From Octopus sinensis (taxonomy: Eukaryota), in the NCBI RefSeq assembly GCF_006345805.1, contig NC_042997.1, forward strand, positions 139,996,001-140,060,000: DNA of 64,000 nucleotides, in the 5' to 3' direction. The position numbers and the translations under genes were made by a program. The notes beneath the pieces are model-generated. The model saw only the letters and a program-made list of their open reading frames with translations. It made no database searches and was not told the origin of the DNA. The first letter of the stretch is position 1. Each line of letters begins with the position of its first letter. Below are positions 62,334 to 64,000 of this stretch, in pieces.

Positions 62334-62457
62334 TATCAAACTACTTTCTATGCATATATAAAACTCACCAGCATTGCTGTTTTAATGCATGAAAAACAAC
62401 CCTACTTTGTAATTTCAAGAGGTTTCTGATATTCATTTAATGATATCACTAACTGGT

Positions 62458-62463
62458 AATAAA
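62458..62463 (+). terminator. candidate polyadenylation signal of the sushi gene
   Basis: AATAAA 125 nt after the stop codon. Confidence 0.4.
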
Positions 62464-63229
62464 GCAACTGAACATTAAAACAATTTTCAATCTTCAATAT
62501 AAATATATTCTTCTGAGTATTGTTTCAAGAGCATTCTTCCTCCAGTCAGACACATTTTATCACACTTTCTATTCTATCAGTGAGTGCATTTCAGGAACAT
62601 TTCCAGGTGAAACATTTTTCAATGAGTAATTCAACACTGATGAATGGCATACATACATATATACACATGTATAAATTCATTTAAATATTAACCCTTGAGC
62701 TTAATGTGTTAAGCTTATCCACAAGTACAAATGAATTTTATACTTTTAATGACTAATTCTGTATGTGTCATTTCAATGACACCTCAAGAATCAATAACTG
62801 CATATATTGTTGCATTATATATCAAGATTGATGGGATTGTATTCAAATAAAACAACTGTAAATTGATGTAATAAAAAAACTTGCTCACTCTATTCTTCTT
62901 GTTTGTAATCATATGTGTGTATGTGTGTGTGTGTGTGTGTATATATACACATACAATTAATTAATTTTTTTATTAGTCACTATGAGGATATTTAGACCTC
63001 CTATAGGGATATTTTTAACCAAGAAACACTGGTTTAATATATTGTATTTTGAAGAGATATTTCTTCAATGGATATATCATAAAATATCAAATATTATTAT
63101 TAAGTTTGAAAATGGAGAGATTCAATGGATATAAATTGATTTATTAATCAATTATCATCATTGCCTACAATTGTTTCATTTCACATCCAGTTTAAATTAC
63201 AAAATATATATAAATATACAGAAATGCCC

Positions 63230-64000
63230 GACCTAGGAATTCACAGTGCACATCAAGGTAACAATGCGGAACAGGGGCAACCTTAGAATCTCTGAGGCCA
63301 TCCTCATACATCGGATCTAAGCTCAAAATCAGACCCATAGTATCAGGAACTAACAGTCCTTTCTATAAAATTTCTTGGCTCCTCTTTAAACTCCTCAAGC
63401 CCTTATTACACACATTCCCAGACGCGTCAGCAGCTCCCATGAAATCTTCACAAGACTCAAAGATATCGATCCCTCCATACTTAAGACTAACAAATACCCT
63501 TTTAGTTTAGATGTAGTTTCTCTCTACACCTCTGTACCTGCTTTCCTGGCCATTGATATCCTCATAGTCCACATCATGTCCTTATCTCCCCCACTTCTCC
63601 ATGCCCCTACCTTCCATATCATCTCTACCTCCCTCCCCTTCAACCTCATCTTCCCTATCTACCCTTCATCTTCTCTCACCTCCCCAACCATCAACCTCCA
63701 GCTCTTTGGCCTTACACCCTCAAACATATAAGAGTTACTAACCATTATAGTTGGTAACACCTACTTCCAATATAATGGTGTGATTTACAAACAGACTTTT
63801 GCCCTACCTACGGAATCTAACCTTTCAGGCCTGCTGGCCATCACGTACATAGATAAGCTAGAATGCACAGCACTCAACACTTGCTGCTCATGCATCTTCT
63901 TCTCCAGGTACATTGATGACATCCTTATCATCACATCCTCCAGGGAGAGGCCATTAATATACACTGGACCTTCAATAACACTGACATAAACATCAGCTTT
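63230..64000 (+). pseudogene. Penelope-like reverse transcriptase remnant, running off the window
   Basis: IRPIVSGTNSP, SLDVVSLYTSVP, YFQYNGVIYKQ, FSRYIDDILII; frameshifted. Confidence 0.8.

Overview
AT-rich, repeat-dense animal genomic DNA. The SINE, RTE and Penelope repertoire and the abundant (TA)n/(CATA)n tracts suggest an octopus; this is inference from repeat content, not a database result. Two host genes are supported, both on +. (1) A BTB-BACK-Kelch (KLHL9/13/26-like) gene, with a BTB exon at 7119-7505 spliced in phase 0 across a 15.9-kb intron to a terminal BACK+Kelch exon at 23364-24731. (2) An intronless 490-aa secreted protein at 60861-62333 with six sushi/CCP modules and an unrecognised 8-cysteine C-terminal module. 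The rest is largely transposon-derived: tRNA-head SINEs, RTE and CR1-like LINE remnants, two Penelope-like element remnants, two mariners, a Helitron Rep-helicase remnant, a hAT derivative with an exact 8-bp TSD, MITEs, and a complete 1.48-kb Gypsy TRIM-like element with a tRNA-Trp PBS. The most striking unexplained signal is a set of (TA)n-adjacent segments carrying minimal hammerhead-ribozyme motifs. The best example is a 433-bp spacer-less palindrome (42876-43308) with an intact type I hammerhead on each strand. Coordinates of old repeats are approximate.
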